64,000 nt of DNA, taken from the human T2T-CHM13v2.0 reference genome, Homo sapiens. The notes under the pieces were generated by a model, which saw only the letters and a list, made by a program, of their open reading frames with translations, was not told the origin of the DNA and made no database searches. Both the position numbers and the translations under genes were made by a program. This document shows positions 1 through 15,440 of this stretch, one piece after another. The stretch's first letter is position 1. Every line of letters starts with the position of its first letter. The stretch lies in NCBI RefSeq assembly GCF_009914755.1, contig NC_060926.1. The stretch is one strand, 5' to 3'.

Positions 1-855
1 TTTGGCTGGATATGAAATTCTGGGTTGAGAATTCTTTTCTTTAAGAATGTTGAATATTGGTCCCCACTCTCTTCTGGCTTGTAGAGTTTCTGCTGAGAGA
101 TCTGCTGTTAGTCTGATGGGCTTCCCTTTGAGGGTAACCCTACCTTTCCCTCTGGTTGCCCTTAACATTTCTTCCTTCATTTCAACTTTGGTGAATCTGA
201 CAATTATGTGTCTTGGAGTTGCTCTTCTCGAGGAGTATCTTTGTGGCGTTCTCTGTATTTCCTGAATCTGAATGTTGGCCTGCCTTGCTAGGTTGGGGAA
301 GTTCTCCTGGATAATATCCTGCAGAGTGTTTTCCAACTTGGTTCCATTCTCCCCATCACTTTCAGGTACACCAATCAGACGTAGATTTGGTCTTTTCACA
401 TAGTCCCATATTTCTTGGAGGCTTTGCTCATTTCTTTTTATTCTTTTTTCTCTAAACTTCCCTTCTCGCTTCATTTCATTCATTTCATCTTCTATCGCTG
501 TTACCCTTTCTTGCAGTTGATCGCATCGGCTCCTGAGGCTTCTGGATTCTTCACGTAGTTCTTGAGCCTTGGTTTTCAGCTCCATCAGCTCCTTTAAGCA
601 CTTCTCTGTATTGGTTATTCTAGTTATACATTCTTCTAAATTTTTTTCAAAGTTTTCAACTTCTTTGCCTTTGGTTTGAATGTCCTCCCGTAGCTCGGAG
701 TAATTTGATCGTCTGAAGCCTTCTTCTCTCAGCTCGTCAAAGTCATTCTCTGTCTAGCTTTGTTCCATTGCTGGTGAGGAACTGCGTTCCTTTGGAGGAG
801 GAGAGGCGCTCTGCTTTTTAGAGTTTCCAGTTTTTCTGCTCTGTTTTTTCCCCAT
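1..855 (-). pseudogene. L1 ORF1, disrupted (W34 stop)
   Basis: Translates MGKKQSRKTGNSKKQSASPPPKERSSSPAMEQS followed by TAG (754-756) where L1 ORF1 has TGG. Confidence 0.9.
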
Positions 856-1310
856 CTTTGTGGTTTTATCTACTTTTGGTCTTTGATGATGGTGATGTAC
901 AGATGGGTTTTTGGTGTGGATGTCCTTTCTGTTTGTTAGTTTTCCTTCTAACAGACAGTACCCTCAGCTGCAGGTCTGTTGGAATACCCTGCCGTGTGAG
1001 GTGTCAGTGTGCCCCTGCTGGGGGGTGCCTCCCAGTTAGGCTGCTCAGGGGTCAGGGGTCAGGGACCCACTTGAGGAGGCAGTCTGCCTGTTCTCAGATC
1101 TCCAGCTGCGTGCCGGGAGAACCACTGCTCTCTTCAAAGCTGTCAGACAGGGACATTTAAGTCTGCAGAGGTTACTGCTGTCTTTGTGTTTGTCTGTGCC
1201 CTGCCCCCAGAGGTGGAGCCTACAGAGGCAGGCAGGCCTCCTTGAGCTGTGGTGGGCTCCACCCAGTTTGAGCTTCCCAGCTGCTTTGTTTACTTAAGCA
1301 AGCCTGGGCA

Positions 1311-1574
1311 ATGGCGGGTGCCCCTCCCCCAGCCTCACTGCAGCCTTGCAGTTTGATCTCAGACTGCTGTGCTAGCAATCAGCGAGACTCCATGGGCGTA
1401 GGACCCTCCGAGCCATGTGCGGGATATAATCTCCTGGTGCACCGTTTTTTAAGCCCCTTGGAAAAGCGCAGTATTTGGGTGGGAGTGACCCAACTTTCCA
1501 GGTGCTGTCTGTCACCCCTTTCTTTGACTAGGAAAGGGAACTCCCTGACTCCTTGCACTTCCCGAGTGAGGTAA
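1311..1574 (+). CDS. ORF0: L1 antisense ORF0, open 87-aa variant (expression unproven)
   Basis: MAGAPPPASLQPCSLISDCCASNQRDSMGVGPSEP matches the N-terminus of primate L1 ORF0; strong Kozak context GGGCAATGG. Confidence 0.7.
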   Translation: MAGAPPPASLQPCSLISDCCASNQRDSMGVGPSEPCAGYNLLVHRFLSPLEKRSIWVGVTQLSRCCLSPLSLTRKGNSLTPCTSRVR

Positions 1575-3189
1575 TGCCTCGCCGTGCGTGCACCCACTGA
1601 CCTGCGCCCACTGTCTGGCACTCCCTAGTGAGACAAACCCGGTACCTCAGATGGAAATGCAGAAATCACCCGTCTTCTGCGTTGCTCATGCTGGGAGCTG
1701 TAGACCAGAGCTGTTCCTATTCGGCCATCTTCACATTCCATTTTTTTAAGTGTTACTTCTGTCTCAGAACAAGAGATGCCTCCTTTGTGAAATATTTTAG
1801 AACATTCACATTCTTCATTAACAGCTTCTAAACTGAGGAACTTTTTCTGCAACTGAAACTCACTTTCCTATATAAAAATAAATTTAAAGTTGGGTGAGCC
1901 AAATTTCCCCTCTTCCACTTGATTATATTCTGCAGTCCAAAAAGTTGTGCCCTCTTCCTCCCTCTTTGATGGTATGAAAGTCAAGCTGACACATTATCTG
2001 ATAATGTCCATTCCAACTTCAAGTCCACAGACTCAACCTGCTAAATCCTTTGACTTAAGTCATGACAAATGACACACATTACTGTGCCTCATAACACATC
2101 TTCTAAAACCTTTCCAAATAACCAGCCGGCAGGCAGCACTGCCAGCCTCGCCACAGACACCATCATTTTTTCCCCTTCCCTGTCTGGCTCTGCGTTTTTG
2201 GAACCAAGATGAAACTTAACCTTCCCAAACAAAGACCGTTTACTAGGCAACTTAGGGCCAGTAATTAGCTCACACACCATAAGGTGCTACAGAGCTATTT
2301 GCAGATCTTTTCCAAGTTTAGGCTTTTTTTTTCTTCTTCCAGAAATTACCCCTTTTCTCTAAGAACCCACAATCATTTACCACTGAATGAAGGAACTACA
2401 CTTATTATAAGAGTAAAACATTAAAAACCTCTTTCAAGGATGGTCAGACAACCTCATAAATCATATTCTCCACACTGGTGAGTTTGGGATGGGAAGGGAT
2501 GTGTTGACATATTTAGAAGCCGTTGGGGTGCTGTGGTTTCACAGCTAGGAGGGAAACTCGAGCTTGTTGAAGTTGGACCTTACTTGTATTTTTATTTATT
2601 GAATTAATGAAATCTTGGCAACAAACTATGTTTTACTTTAGACAAGATGGGATATTTTTTCATTGCCCCCACCTACCTTGTCTCCCTTTCTGCCCCTCTC
2701 AAATATACAATTTTTATAAATGTTTCAAATGCTAGAAAAGCTTCCTGGGCAGCCAAACTGAACCTTAAAAAAATCAAGATGAACCAATCAATACATGGAG
2801 ATGTGGCTTCCATTAAAATTGACATTTGGGTGTTAGAAGAAGAAAGAAACAGCATGAAAGTAAATATTTTGAATGCATTTACAAGGCTGCTTGATTCTAA
2901 GAGTTTGCACATTTAGCAATCTATAGGTCAGCCTGAATGGTAGTTTGCAAAAACCATAGATCACCAGAATTCAGCCAACATAGCTCATGATATTTCCTCA
3001 CATTTGAAGCCTCTACCATTCTAACAGTGAATGTGAATGTGTATGTGTGTGTGTGTGTGTGTACACTAGTGACTTAATAACAAAAATTATCATCATTGTT
3101 TAGTATAGAGGTTTTCAACTCCAACTATAAACTAGAATCATCCGGGCAGCTTTTGAAAGCCCCCAGGCATTTATACTTCTTAAAAGCTC

Positions 3190-3710
3190 TGCAGTTATGG
3201 TCCCAACAGGAAATCAATGACAGATTCAAACTGGGTAAGCTGAAGAAAGTTTAATAAAGGGACTCTTTACAAAGGTGCCAGCAGAGTACAGGGAAACTAG
3301 AAGGAATAGTGCAGTACTTTCAGTCTAGGAGCAGTAGGGTGTTATTATCACCCCTAGTTTAGAAAAGGAAAGGGTGGAAATAGTCATCAGAACCCAGAGA
3401 AAGGGGAAGCCCCCCTGGGGAGAGTCACCTGACAGGAGCTATATGACCTTAAGTCTAAGGATGCAGCCAACCCTGGGTAATTTCATATGAAGGCAGCCAG
3501 GGAAGCTATATCCCAACCACATTTTCATCTTCCCCCTCCATCTGCTACTTGTCCTCCTCATGACAGAACCCAGCTAGAAGCGGGAAGATAAGGGAGCCTT
3601 TTGTTGCTGTCCTTAAAGGTCAACCCTCCTCTGCCCCTTCTTGAGACAACACAGGATGAAAGGGAGTGGAGAGTGGATCTATGAAATAAACAGGAGGTGT
3701 TCAGCCCATC
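3190..3710 (-). mobile_element. Ancient ERVL-type solo LTR (LTR41-like), inside a MER5-like fragment
   Basis: GGTCCCAACAGGAAA...CAAACTGGGTAAG...GTTTAATAAAGGGACTCTTTACAAAGGTG resembles this LTR class. The family name is from memory. Confidence 0.5.
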
Positions 3711-3744
3711 AGGAGATTCTCCTGCAACCAGATTTTCTGGTCTG

Positions 3745-3870
3745 CTGTGGAATTGGCATTGCTATGGAAATCAGAAGTCGGAGGTCTTAGTTCTGGTTAT
3801 ATGTGACATTGAGCAACATACTCTACTTGTTTGAGTCTGTTTTCTTAGAAATAAAGGGCGTTGGCTTAGC
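3745..3870 (+). mobile_element. MIR fragment
   Basis: Degenerate MIR core TGTGACATTGAGCAA...GAGTCTGTTTTCTT. Confidence 0.5.
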
Positions 3871-4954
3871 TCAGTGTTTTCAAAAGTGTGGTGCTAGAAC
3901 TCTGCTCATGTATCTCAGGTGCCTCTTGGGGTGGGAAGATAGAGAGGCCAAAAGGTGGATTCTAGCCTCATTCCCCATTGCAGTCCCTAGTAAGTAAATA
4001 AGTAATGTGCTAAATTATTCTAGGGAGTGTCAAATTATTTATCTCAGGTTTACTGTATTTTTGAGACACTGACTGTCTAGACCAATATATATGATCACGA
4101 CAAAGGAAGAAATTATATGTATGTTTCTAATTAATTTAAATACAAATGTAGGGTGTGTGTGTGTGTACTTATAAGTATATTAGTGATGAAAAAGAGGTAT
4201 TTTTAGAGTTGAGAAAATGAAAGCTTAAAAAGATTAGCTCTAACTTGCTCATGTTTAAGAGGGCAAATATATGGTGGAGTCATGGTTCAAACTTAGGTTT
4301 GTCTTATTCCAAAAACAATGCCACCAAAGAACACAAAAACTGAAGAAAAAAAAAGTATACCTACTTAGACACACACATTTACATATTTACATATTCTTTT
4401 AGTATGTTTCAGGTTTACTGCATCTTCATTAGCTTTTCCCAGGTTTAAAGGTCTGCCCTTCTGCAGGCTGCACTTGCCAGGGTCCACTTCATCATCTGAT
4501 GTCTTTCAACAGAGTACAAAAGACAGATCACATGGCAGATGAGCAAAAATTATGATCGTTGGATTTATGCAACATTTGAAATAGCTATCTGTCCAAATTT
4601 TTCCTCCAACCTACAAAAGAGAGTTTTATGTTATCAGTAGGTAAAGATTCAGTTTTTGAAGATTTATTCTGTTACCCCATGACTGCCTGGTTTTTCTCAA
4701 TGGGAAATTGGGCTTTTGAAAGTTTATATGTTCACAGTTCAGAGAAAACAAAGGTCAGTGAGGCTGAGCAGTCACAGAGCCTTGGGAACTTCAGGGGGTT
4801 TTGTAGGGTGGATATGAGAATTTTCACATCCATTCTGTGTAAAGTTCTGTCAAGCAGGCCCTTGTCCCTCTAGGAAAATATCAAATATAATCTTAGAAAT
4901 TGAGTGTTTAGGGGGTGTTTTCCTGTGTCTTTAAATTCCTGGACCCAAAATGTC

Positions 4955-5430
4955 TCATTCAACAAATATTGATACATTAATAAATATGTGCTATGCTAGG
5001 TGACAATGATGGGTGATAATGATGAAAAATACATTTTATAAACAAATGATGGTTATTAAAATATAATGAAATAATCGACACAGTATGGACTTGGTATAAA
5101 GAACAGTGGGAGTGGAGAATGAATTCTTATTTCTGCCTGGGATAATGAGTGACATTTCCATAAGGAGGAATAATTTGACCTGAGACTTGAAAGATAAATA
5201 TGTTTTTACCTGATAGACAACGAAGAGGGGTATTTCAGGCAAAGGAAACTGTATATGCAAAGTTACAGAGGTATGAAATAGGACAGGTGATGAAAAGACT
5301 AACAAGAAGTTTGATATGCTTACGATATAGGATGCAAGTAAGGCAGTAATAGAAGTGAAGCTGGGTTGGTAGGTAGCCAGATCACGATGGGTTTTAAGTA
5401 GTAAGTTGAGGAGTTTCTATTTTATCCTAC
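4955..5430 (-). mobile_element. L2 3' fragment
   Basis: CATTCAACAAATATTGA is the antisense L2 terminus, followed by purine-rich L2-like sequence. Confidence 0.65.
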
Positions 5431-7518
5431 CTTGTTTATGATTTTAAAACAAATCTGCACATATGCTCAGAGATACACACATGCAGGGTGTATACATGAT
5501 ATTATGCTAAACAGAACATATCTTCCTGGAGCACCAATTTTATTAGAAATATTAGAAGAGACATTTTCAAATTAATTAATTGATGCATAATAATTGTACA
5601 TATTTATGGGGTGCATGTGATATTTTGATATAAGCATATAATGTGAAATGATCAAATCAGGGTGCTTAGGATGTCCATCATCTCAAATAATTATCATTTC
5701 TTTTTGTTGGGAACATTTCTACTCTTCCAGCTATTTTGAAATAAATAATACTTTATTGTTAACTATAGTCACCCTACTGTGCTGTCAAACACTAGAACTT
5801 GTCTTGCTATCTGACTGTATATTGGTACCCAATAAACAATCTCTATTCATTTCCCTCCCCTTCTTTCCAGCTTCTGGTAGCCATCATTCTACTCCCTTCC
5901 TCCATGAAATCAACTATTTTAGCTCCCACATGTGAGTGAGAACATGCAATATTTATTTTTCTACACCTGGCTTATTTCACTTAATATAATGACCTCCAGT
6001 TCTACCTACATTGCTGCAAATGACAGAATTTTATTCATTTAATGGCTGAATAATATTCCATTGTGTATATATACCACATTTTCTTTATCCATTCTTCTGT
6101 CAGTGGCCATGTATGTTGATTCCATATCTTAGCTATTGTGAATAGTGTCACAATAAACATGTGAGTGCAGGTATCTCTTTGATATACAATTTTTTTTCCT
6201 TTGGATAAATACCTTGTAGTGATATTGCTGGATCATACGGTAGTTCTATTTTTAGTTTTTTGAGAAATCTCTATATTGTTTTCCGTAGTAGTTGTGCTAA
6301 TTTATATTTCCATCAACAGAGTATAAGAATTTCCTCTTCTCTGTACCTCACCAGCATCTATTATTTTTTGTGTTTTTAATAGTAGCCATTCTAATTGGGA
6401 TAAAATGATATTTCATTGTGGTTTCAATTTGCATTTCCTTGATGATTAGTGATGCTGAATATTTTTCATGTACCTGTTTGTAAGTCTTTTGAGAAATGTC
6501 TATTCATGTCCTTAGCCTACTTTTTAATGAGATTTTTTTATTATTGTTGAGTTCTTTGAGCTCCTTATATATTCTGGATACTAGTGCCTTTTAAAGGTAT
6601 AGTTTGCAAATATTTTATCCAATTCAATGAATTTTCTCTTCACCCCATTCATTGCTTCCTTTCTTGTGAAGAAGTTTTTAGTTTAATATAATCCCATTTG
6701 TCTTTTGGGGTTATAGTTATCTGTGCTTTTGAAGTCTTAACCATGAAATCATTGACTAGACCAGTATCCTGAATATTTCCCCTATTTTTCTTCTAGTAGT
6801 TTTATAGTTTTGGGTCTTACATTTAAATCTTTAATCCATTTTAAGTTGATTTGTATGTAGGATGAGAGATAGGGGTCTAGTTTTATTCTTCTGCATATGG
6901 ATATACACTTTTCCCAGGACATTTATTAAAGAGGGTGTTCTTTCCCCAGTGAATGTTTTTGGCACCTTTGTCAAAAATCAGTTGGCTTTAAATACATGCA
7001 TTTATTTCTGGGTGGTTCTCTATTCTGTTCCATTGGCATATGTGTTTGTTTTTAAACAAATACCATGCTGGTTTGGTTACCATAGCTTTGTAGTATATTT
7101 TGATGTCAGGTAGTGTGATGGCTCTAGCTTTGTTCTTTTTGCTCAGGATTGCTTTGGCTATTCTGGCTCTTTCTCATATGTTCCAGATGAATTTTAGAAT
7201 TGTTTTTTCTATTTATGTGAAAAATTACATTGGTATTTTGGTAGATATTGCATTAAATTTGTAGGTTGCTTTGGGTACTATGGTCGTTTTAGCAATATTA
7301 ATACTTCCAACCCATGAGCATGGGATGTTTTTCCATTTGCTTGTGTCTTTTTCAATTTTTTCATCAGTTTTTTCTAGTTTCTGTTGTGGAGGTAGGCTTT
7401 TCACCTCCTTGGTTAAATTTGTTTCTAGGAATTTTATTTTTTGTAGCTATTGTAAATGGGATTGGTTTCTTGATTTCTTTTTCAACTAGATCATTTTGGT
7501 ATATAAAAACACTATTGA

Positions 7519-7891
<373 letters not shown>

Positions 7892-9870
7892 TTAGATTTT
7901 TCTGTATATAATATTATATCATCTGCATAGAGGAAATTTGACTTCCTTTTTCCCAATTTGAATGCTTTTTATTTCTTTCTCTTGTCTGTCTGATTGCTCT
8001 GGATAGAACTTCCATTACAATGCTGGATAAAAGTAGTGAAAGTAGGCATCATTACCTTGTTCCAGTTCTTAGAGAAAAGGCTTTAAGCTTTTCCCCATTT
8101 AGTACGATGTTAGCTGTGAAATTGTCATATATGGTCTTAATTATATTAAGGTGATTTCCTTCTATGCCTAATTTGTTGACAGTTTTTTATCAAGAAGCAA
8201 TATTGAATTTTATCAAATGCTTTTTCAGCATCTATTGAGATGCTCATATGTTTTTTGTCCTTCATTCTGTTGATGTGGTGTTTTGTGTTTATTGATTTGC
8301 ATATATTGAACCATTCTTGCATCCCTGAGATAAATGCCACTTGATCATGGTGTATAGTCTTTTTGATGTGTTGTTGGATTCAGTTTGCTAGCATTTTAGT
8401 GAGCATTTTTGCATCTGTGTTCATCAAGGATATTGGCCTGTAGTTTTCTCTTTTTGTTGTGTCTGGTTTTGGTATCAGGGTAATGTTAGCCTCATTTGAG
8501 TTAGGAAGAGTTTCCTTTTCTTCAATTGTTTAGAATAGTTTGAGAAGAACTAGTGTTAGTTCTTCCTTAAGTTTGGTAGTATTTCGCAGTAAAGCCTTTC
8601 ACTCTTGAGCTTTCCTTTGTTGGGAGACTTGATTGCTGTTTCAATCTCATTACTAGTTATTGGTCTATTCAGCTTTTCTGTCTTTTCATGGTTCATTCTT
8701 GGTATGTTGTATGTTTTTAGGAATTTATCCGCTTTTTCTAGGTTTTCTCATTTGTTAGCATATAGTTGTTCATGATAGCTAATGATTCTTTGTATTTTTG
8801 CATTATCAGTTGTAATATCTCCATTTTTGTTTCTGATTTTATTTATTTGGGTCTTTTTTTTTCTTGGCTAGTCTAGCTAGCAGTTTATCAATTTTGTTTA
8901 TCTATTCAAAAATCAATCTTTTGTTTTGTTGATCCTTTCTATTGCTTTTGTAGTCTCTATTTCATTGAGTTCTGCTCTGATTTTTCTTTTCCTTCTACTA
9001 ATTTTAAATTTGGTTTGTTCTTACTTTTTTAGTTACCTGAGTTGCATCATTAGGTTATTTGAAATCTTCCTGATGTAGGCATTTATTGCTATAAACCCCC
9101 CTCTCAGCACTGCTTTTGCTGTGTGTCCTAGGCTTTGGTATGTTGTGTTTCTATTTTCATTTATTTCAATACATTTTTGGCTTTTTTCTTAATTTCTTCA
9201 TTGATCCAGTGGTCATTCAGGAGCATGTTGTTTAATTTTTGTATGTTTGTATAGTTCCCAAAGTTCCTCTTGGTATTAATTTCTAGTTTTATTCCATTGT
9301 GGTATTAGATTTTGGTTTTTTAAAATCTGTTAAGACTTGTTTTGTGGCCTAACATATATTCTATCCTGGAGAATGTTCCATGTGCTGATAAGAAGAATGT
9401 GTATTCTACATTTGTTAAATAATATGTTCTGTAAATATCTATTATATCCAATTGGTCTAACATGCAGTTTAAATTCAATGTTTCTTTATTGATTTTCTGT
9501 CTATATAACCAACCTATTCAGTGCTGAGAGTTTTGGTGTTGAAGTCCCTAATTATTATTGTAATGAAGCCTATCTCTCCCTTTGAATCTAATAATATTTG
9601 CTTTATATAACTGAGTGTTTGGTGTTGGGTGCATATAAAATTAGAATTGTTATATTATCTTTCTGAATTGATCCTTTTATCATTAAATAATGACCTTCTT
9701 TGTCTTTTTGTTTTTTAGTTTTTGACTTAAAGTCTGTTTTATTTGATGTAATTCCTACTTGCTTTTGGTTTCCATTTGCATGGCACATCTTTATCCATTC
9801 CTTCACTTTCAGTCCATATGTGTCTTTACAGATGAAATGAGTTTATTGTAGGCAGCATATAGTTGGGTCA

Positions 9871-10422
9871 AAGGACAGAAACCCAAACACTGCATGTTCT
9901 CCCTCATAGGTGGGAGGTGAACAATGAGAACACTTGGACAAAGGAAGGGGAACATCACACAGCTGTGTATGTGGATGGTGTTGGGAGAAATGTGCATTAA
10001 GCATTTTTGTCTGCATTGAAGAGGGGTTGAAATGAAGATCACTTTTGAACTAGTTATGAGGAAAAGGTTTCCTAAATTAATTAATAAATAAGAATACAGA
10101 AAGGGTTGAGTTTATGAGAGCAGATTCTTTGCAAATGATCTTAAAAGATGTATTTATATGTAAGTGTCATATGTTGTACACAAAGTACAATGAGAACACT
10201 TAGACACAGGGTGGGGAACATCACATACTGGGGCCTGTCGTGGGGTGAGGGGAGGAGGGAGGGATAGCATTAGGAGATATACCTACTGTAAATGACGAGT
10301 TAATGGGTGCAGCACACCAACATGGCACATGGATACATATGTAACAAACCTGCATGTTATGCACATGTACCCTAGAACTTAAAGTATAATAATAATAATA
10401 ATAAGTAAATAAAATAAAAAAA
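9871..10422 (+). mobile_element. Chimeric L1PA5/6-like 3' end containing 225 bp of non-L1 sequence
   Basis: L1 ORF2-end/3'UTR at 9871-9961, unrelated DNA at 9962-10186, then L1 3'UTR at 10187-10422 ending CCTAGAACTTAAAGTATAAT plus a (TAA)n/A tail. Confidence 0.85.
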
Positions 10423-11309
10423 TCCATTCAGTTAGTCTATATCTTTTAAGTGGGGAATTTAATCCATTTACATTCAAAGCTATTATTGATAGGTAAGGAC
10501 TTATTCCTGTCATTTTGTTAATTGTTTTCTGGATGTTTTAAGGAAATCCCATGTTTATTTCTTCCTCTCATATGGTTTATCTTTGCAGTTTGGTGTTTTT
10601 ATTTAGTAGTAACATTTGGCTCCTTTTTATTTCCCATTTGTGTGTCTGTTCTGCCAGTGAGTTTTATCCCTTCATGTGTTTTCATGATAGTAGATATCAT
10701 CCTTTTGCTTTTAGATGTAGAGCTCCCTTAAGCATTTCTTGTAGGACTTGTCTGGTAGTGATTAATTCTCTCAGTTTCTACGTGTCTGTAAAAGATTTTA
10801 TGTCTCCTTTATTTTTGAAGGATATATTTGGTGAGTATAGTATTCTTCATTGATATGTTTCTTTTTGCTTTCCTTCAATACATTGAATATATCATCCCAT
10901 TTTCTCCTGGCCTGTAAGGTTTCTGCTGAGATATCTGCTGTTAGTCTTATGGGGATTCCCTTATGTGTGACTTGACATTTTTCTCTTGCTGTTTTTAGAA
11001 TTCTCTCTTAATCTATGACTTTTGACAGTTTGCCTATAACATTCCTTGGAGAAGACCTTTTTGGGTTGAATCTGTTTGGGGATCTGTGAGCTTCCTCTAT
11101 CTGGAAGTCTACATCTCTTGCAAGATTTGGGAACTTACCAGCTATTATTTCATTACATAGCTTTTCTAAGCCTTTGGTTTACTCTTCATCTTCTGGGACA
11201 CCAAAATTTGAATCCTTGTCACTTTATAATGTCCCATATGTCGTGCAGGCATTCTTCATTCTTTTTCATTCTTTTCTCCTTTGTGTTCTAACTAGGTTTT
11301 TAAAAAAAA

Positions 11310-11567
11310 TTTATTTTAGGTTTGGGGGTACATAAGAAGGTTTGTTATACAGGTAAACTTGTGTCACAGGGGTCTGTTGTACAGATTATTTCATCACTCT
11401 GGTATTAAGCCTAATACTCAATAGTTATTTCTTCTGGTCCTCTCCCTCCATCCACCCTTCACCCTCAAGTATATCCCAATGTCTGTTGTTCCCTTCTTTG
11501 TGTTCCTGAGTTCTCATCATTTAGTTCCCACTTATTAGTGAGAACATGCGGTATTTGGTTTTCTGTT
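11310..11567 (-). mobile_element. 5'-truncated L1PA14-16 3' end
   Basis: GGGGGTACAT...GTAAACTTGTGTCACAGGGG...GTGAGAACATGCGGTATTTGGTTTTCTGTT. Confidence 0.8.
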
Positions 11568-12551
11568 ATTTTAAAAGACCTGTCCTCAAGTTCAGACATT
11601 TTTTCTTCTGCTTGATCTATTCTATTGCAGATTCTCTTGGTTGTATTTCTTATTTCATTAATTGAATTCTTCAGTTCCAACATTTCTATTTGGTTCTTTT
11701 TTATGATATTTATCTTTTTGTTGAATTTCTCATTCAGATCACAAATTGTTTTCCTGATTCATTTATATTGTTTATCTGAGTTCTCCTGTATCTTACTGAG
11801 TTCTTTAATATCATTATTTTGGACACTTTATAAATTTCCTTTCCTTTGGGTTCTATTACCAGACAGACAATTATTGTGTTCCTTTGGAGATATCATGTTT
11901 CCTTGTCTTTTTTTTTCATGTTTCTTGTGTTCTCATGTTGATATCTGAACATCTGGTGTAATAGTTACTTCTTCTAATTTCACAGATTGGCTTTCACAGG
12001 AAAAGATTTTTTCCTATACATGTATTTATAGAATTGATTGGATGGGGTGTTTTGGTTTTGATTCTGAATGGGTGCAGTAGTGTATTCTCCATAAGATTTC
12101 TTTGGACATAATCAGTGTCAGTGATGTCTGTGAGTTACTCAGTAGCTTAGACTGCAGTTGTTAATAAAGGCTATGGTGAGGCTTTGCTGAGAATGGGGAT
12201 ACCAGCTGGGCTGGTCCTCAGGCATCAGTGATGGTGGTGCCAAGCAGGGCAGCCCTGTCCTCAGGCCCTTGGATAGCATGCTCAGGCACAGGTGTCAGTG
12301 GCAGTGAGCAGGGCAGGTGGATCCCCAGACTCCCAGAAAACATGTTTGGAGTTTAATTATGTTTATACTATGATATTATTGATACATGTTCCATCTTTTT
12401 AAAAAAGTAAAACTGAGAGAGAATACATATAGATGTGTTCATTTATATGTGGTGGTTAATTAGGAAATGTCATACTTTTATGTCATGAGGAACCCAGTAG
12501 GATTAGTGCTACAGTTGAATCATTGCAACCAGGGGAAAAAAATGTAGTACA

Positions 12552-12906
12552 TAGTCATCCCTTGGTATTCATAGGGGATTGGTTCCAGGACCCCCTGCCC
12601 CAATACCAAATTCTGCAGTGCTCAAGTCCCTTATATAAAATGATTTAGTGTTTGCATATACTACATATATGTAGGTTTAACCTGTGCATATCCTCCCATA
12701 TGCTTTAAATCATGTCTAGATTATTTATAGTACCTAATAAAATACCTACACATCACTTCATTCATTTGAATTCAGTGTAGTACTTTGCACATGACAAATA
12801 CAAGTTTTGCTTTTTGGAACTTTGTGGAAGTTTTCTTCTGAATATTTTTGACCTGTGGTTGGTTGAATTCATGAATGCAGAACCAATGGATACAGGAGGC
12901 CAACTG
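12552..12906 (+). mobile_element. MER2B (TcMar-Tigger non-autonomous DNA transposon)
   Basis: Terminal inverted repeats TAGTCATCCCTTGGTATTC ... GGATACAGGAGGCCAACTG followed by TA; internal GGGGATTGGTTCCAGGACCCCC. Confidence 0.85.
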
Positions 12907-12909
12907 TAC

Positions 12910-13900
<991 letters not shown>

Positions 13901-14099
13901 TAAGAGACAGAACTGTATAAGAATTAGATTCAATAGTACTTAGAGATTTCAAACTCATCATTCTTAGCTATATCTACATCAAGCATATTAAAGATAACTA
14001 AAGATATTAAAAATAGTAATAACATGATCCAATAAATTCCAATTTCATATCTGCATCTATTTCTATATGTATATCTTTATACAAAATGCGTAGCGAAAT

Positions 14100-15440
<1,341 letters not shown>

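Larger units (their letters stand above)
1..1731 (-). mobile_element. LINE-1 (L1PA3/L1PA2-type): 5'UTR and most of ORF1; continues beyond the left window edge
   Basis: Reverse complement starts AAGATGGCCGAATAGGAACAGC at 1731, with ORF1 ATG GGG AAA AAA CAG at 855. The upstream flank reads TT/AAAAAAATGGAATGTG (1732-1749), an L1 endonuclease site and likely left TSD. There is a ~20-bp deletion in the 5'UTR near 1583. Confidence 0.97.

Noticed and set aside
858-1160. Thrice-repeated hydrophobic ORF MWFYLLLVFDDGDVQMGFW (also 34657-34839 and 63771-63986) resembling a small gene family
   Set aside because: It is the antisense reading of the L1 5'UTR, starts at a non-ATG codon, and recurs only because the L1 recurs.
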